A stretch of DNA of 26,947 bases from the IMG/VR virus record IMGVR_UViG_3300031802_000011, positions 1 to 26,947 of that record; one strand, written 5' to 3'. The translations under genes and the position numbers were made by a program. The notes beneath the pieces are model-generated. The model worked only from the letters and a program-made list of their open reading frames with translations, ran no database searches and was not told the origin of the DNA. Source of the DNA: a virus (lineage: Duplodnaviria; Caudoviricetes). Shown here one piece after another: positions 25,359 through 26,947 of this stretch (position 1 is its first letter; each line of letters begins with the position of its first letter).

Positions 25359-26947
25359 CCAAATAAATGCTCCAATGTCGTTTGAGTACCATAACTCCTA
25401 TCTACTTGCCAATCAATCTGGTCTAAAATAAAAGTTAAAGGCTCAACAAAACTCTTATCAAACATTATATCATAATTTACTAGATCATTCAAGTTAAATT
25501 CTTTCGGAAGTTGTGTCATAAATGAAATAACATTTGATTGATGACCATTAGGTAATCTCAATTCTAAAAATTTTATCTTATCCCCTTCTTGTATTAAAGG
25601 ATACTTGTTAATTAATTTTTTTTCCTTGAGTAGATGATTATATAACAATGCACCTTTAACATGAATAGGTGTTCCTTTTTGAAAGATAGAGGATCTGCTT
25701 GTATACTTCTTTATATTATTACATGATCTAGGATAAGCAATATCTTCAGGTGCCAAATTCATAAAAGTTTTACGAAAATCTTGTATAAATGTATTCAATG
25801 TTGTCTCATCATCATTAATGATAATCTTCAAAGCCGACCTAATCATTTCTCTACATGGTGCTGGTGTGGATGACTTCACTGCCTCTATACCCATCACCTT
25901 AATCTGTGGTTCTGCATATCGGACACCTTCACTATCATATACATTCAAAATATATCTTTTCTTTGCAGTCCAAATACCTTTATCAGCTATAACTTCCCTC
26001 GCCATATCCATCTTCTGTTGATATGCATTTACATATTCGGCCAACTCCTCATAACATTTGGTGATATATGGTTCAATTTTTTCTGTTGCAACCTTGGCTA
26101 AAAAACTTACTGGATCTTTGGGTGTAACTTTAGAAACTAACTCATCAAACCGTACATAAATTGAATCTGTATCTGATGCTATAATATAATCTACATCAGT
26201 TGTCGCTAAAACTTTATTAAGATAATCATTTACTTTATTTTCTATCCATCGAATACTCAACTGACCAGATGTTGTAACCGCAGTTGCTAATCTTTCATCA
26301 TAATATCTGAAGTATTGATTACCAATTGCACCATAAGCACTATTCAATGCAATCTTTCTTGCCATCTGTATATTATTATACTTGGAGAGTTCATTCAAAT
26401 ATTTTTTATCTTTTGTATTTTCATATCGTTGTTTGGCTTCTAACGACCACTTCTTAAACTTCACCCGATCATTATACATCTTCTCCATCAACTGTGGAAG
26501 AAAACCTTGAAAATCTTTTCTAAATCTTGCGCCGTTTGGTGTTACTGTATAACCATCATCTACAAGTTCCACCGACTTCTCTAACATTTTATCTACACTC
26601 ACCTCACTATTAGATTCTATTGCCAATGTTTCTGGAGAAATATTATACTGCATAATCAAATGTGGATACAAACTATTCAAATCAAACGACATCACCCAAT
26701 TATGTAAACCAGTCTGAGGATCTTTTACATATGCACCCTCATACTTTGCATTTTTAATTCTTAGAGATTTCATAGGAATCACAATATTCTTAGTCCTTAA
26801 GAAATTGTAAATAATAATATCCCACATACGAACCTGTGAATACACGTCCATATAATTTACTTTTGCTTCATACGCTAGGGTTAGTGCAAGTTCGATAAGT
26901 TTCATCTTATCTTCCAGTGCATCTACTAATTCAACATCTTTGATATT
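25355..26947 (-). CDS. 43: T4 gp43-like family B DNA polymerase (5' part outside window)
   Basis: SFDLNSLYPHL, KIALNSAYG, ASDTDSIY, KKRY, MGIEAVKSSTP. The frame stays open past the track start to the edge (NIKDVELVDALEDK, end of ExoIII). Confidence 0.98.
   Translation of the reverse strand, partial: NIKDVELVDALEDKMKLIELALTLAYEAKVNYMDVYSQVRMWDIIIYNFLRTKNIVIPMKSLRIKNAKYEGAYVKDPQTGLHNWVMSFDLNSLYPHLIMQYNISPETLAIESNSEVSVDKMLEKSVELVDDGYTVTPNGARFRKDFQGFLPQLMEKMYNDRVKFKKWSLEAKQRYENTKDKKYLNELSKYNNIQMARKIALNSAYGAIGNQYFRYYDERLATAVTTSGQLSIRWIENKVNDYLNKVLATTDVDYIIASDTDSIYVRFDELVSKVTPKDPVSFLAKVATEKIEPYITKCYEELAEYVNAYQQKMDMAREVIADKGIWTAKKRYILNVYDSEGVRYAEPQIKVMGIEAVKSSTPAPCREMIRSALKIIINDDETTLNTFIQDFRKTFMNLAPEDIAYPRSCNNIKKYTSRSSIFQKGTPIHVKGALLYNHLLKEKKLINKYPLIQEGDKIKFLELRLPNGHQSNVISFMTQLPKEFNLNDLVNYDIMFDKSFVEPLTFILDQIDWQVDRSYGTQTTLEHLFG

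Noticed and set aside
1774-26021. Short antisense ORFs in the track (e.g. 1774, 3166, 4365, 5583, 6073, 6534, 7707-11097, 12261, 13917, 17320, 17379, 19016, 19520, 23186, 24539, 25818) and the off-frame 8924..9142
   Set aside because: They lie within or largely overlap well-supported genes and have no recognisable motifs.
26903-26905. Track start of the polymerase, suggesting a split gp43
   Set aside because: The frame is open to the window edge and encodes the end of ExoIII, so the truncation is a window artefact.
20284-26947. Introns or inteins in gp41, uvsX or gp43
   Set aside because: Reading frames are continuous, of expected size and with normally spaced motifs in the visible part.
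1-26947. Stop-codon reassignment, tRNA/rRNA genes, integrase or transposase
   Set aside because: Genes tile densely in the standard code, intergenic gaps are mostly too short, and no such motifs were seen by eye.

Overview
This is a fragment of a large, AT-rich, T4-like (Tevenvirinae-related) myophage genome, probably aquatic and infecting a Gram-negative host. It uses the standard genetic code and almost all genes are on the minus strand. Reading right to left there are five parts. (1) A replication block: gp43 DNA polymerase (cut by the window edge), a DNA methyltransferase, a GNAT-like protein, UvsX, a 2OG-Fe(II) oxygenase, a gp40-like protein and gp41 helicase. (2) Two divergent PD-(D/E)xK-like genes behind back-to-back T4 late promoters. 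(3) A cluster of proteins starting with T4 capsid-targeting-like peptides (MKTF...xxE): a KxDG ligase-fold protein, an HxGH nucleotidyltransferase and a 1216-aa modular protein, with an unannotated 31-aa, 9-Cys metallothionein-like peptide among them. (4) Spanins and small membrane proteins. (5) A phage-borne curli/type VIII secretion module: csgF, csgG, a curlin-like gene and a large FecR-domain protein that the ORF track missed and that runs off the left edge. All family calls come from recognising motifs by eye; no database search was run.
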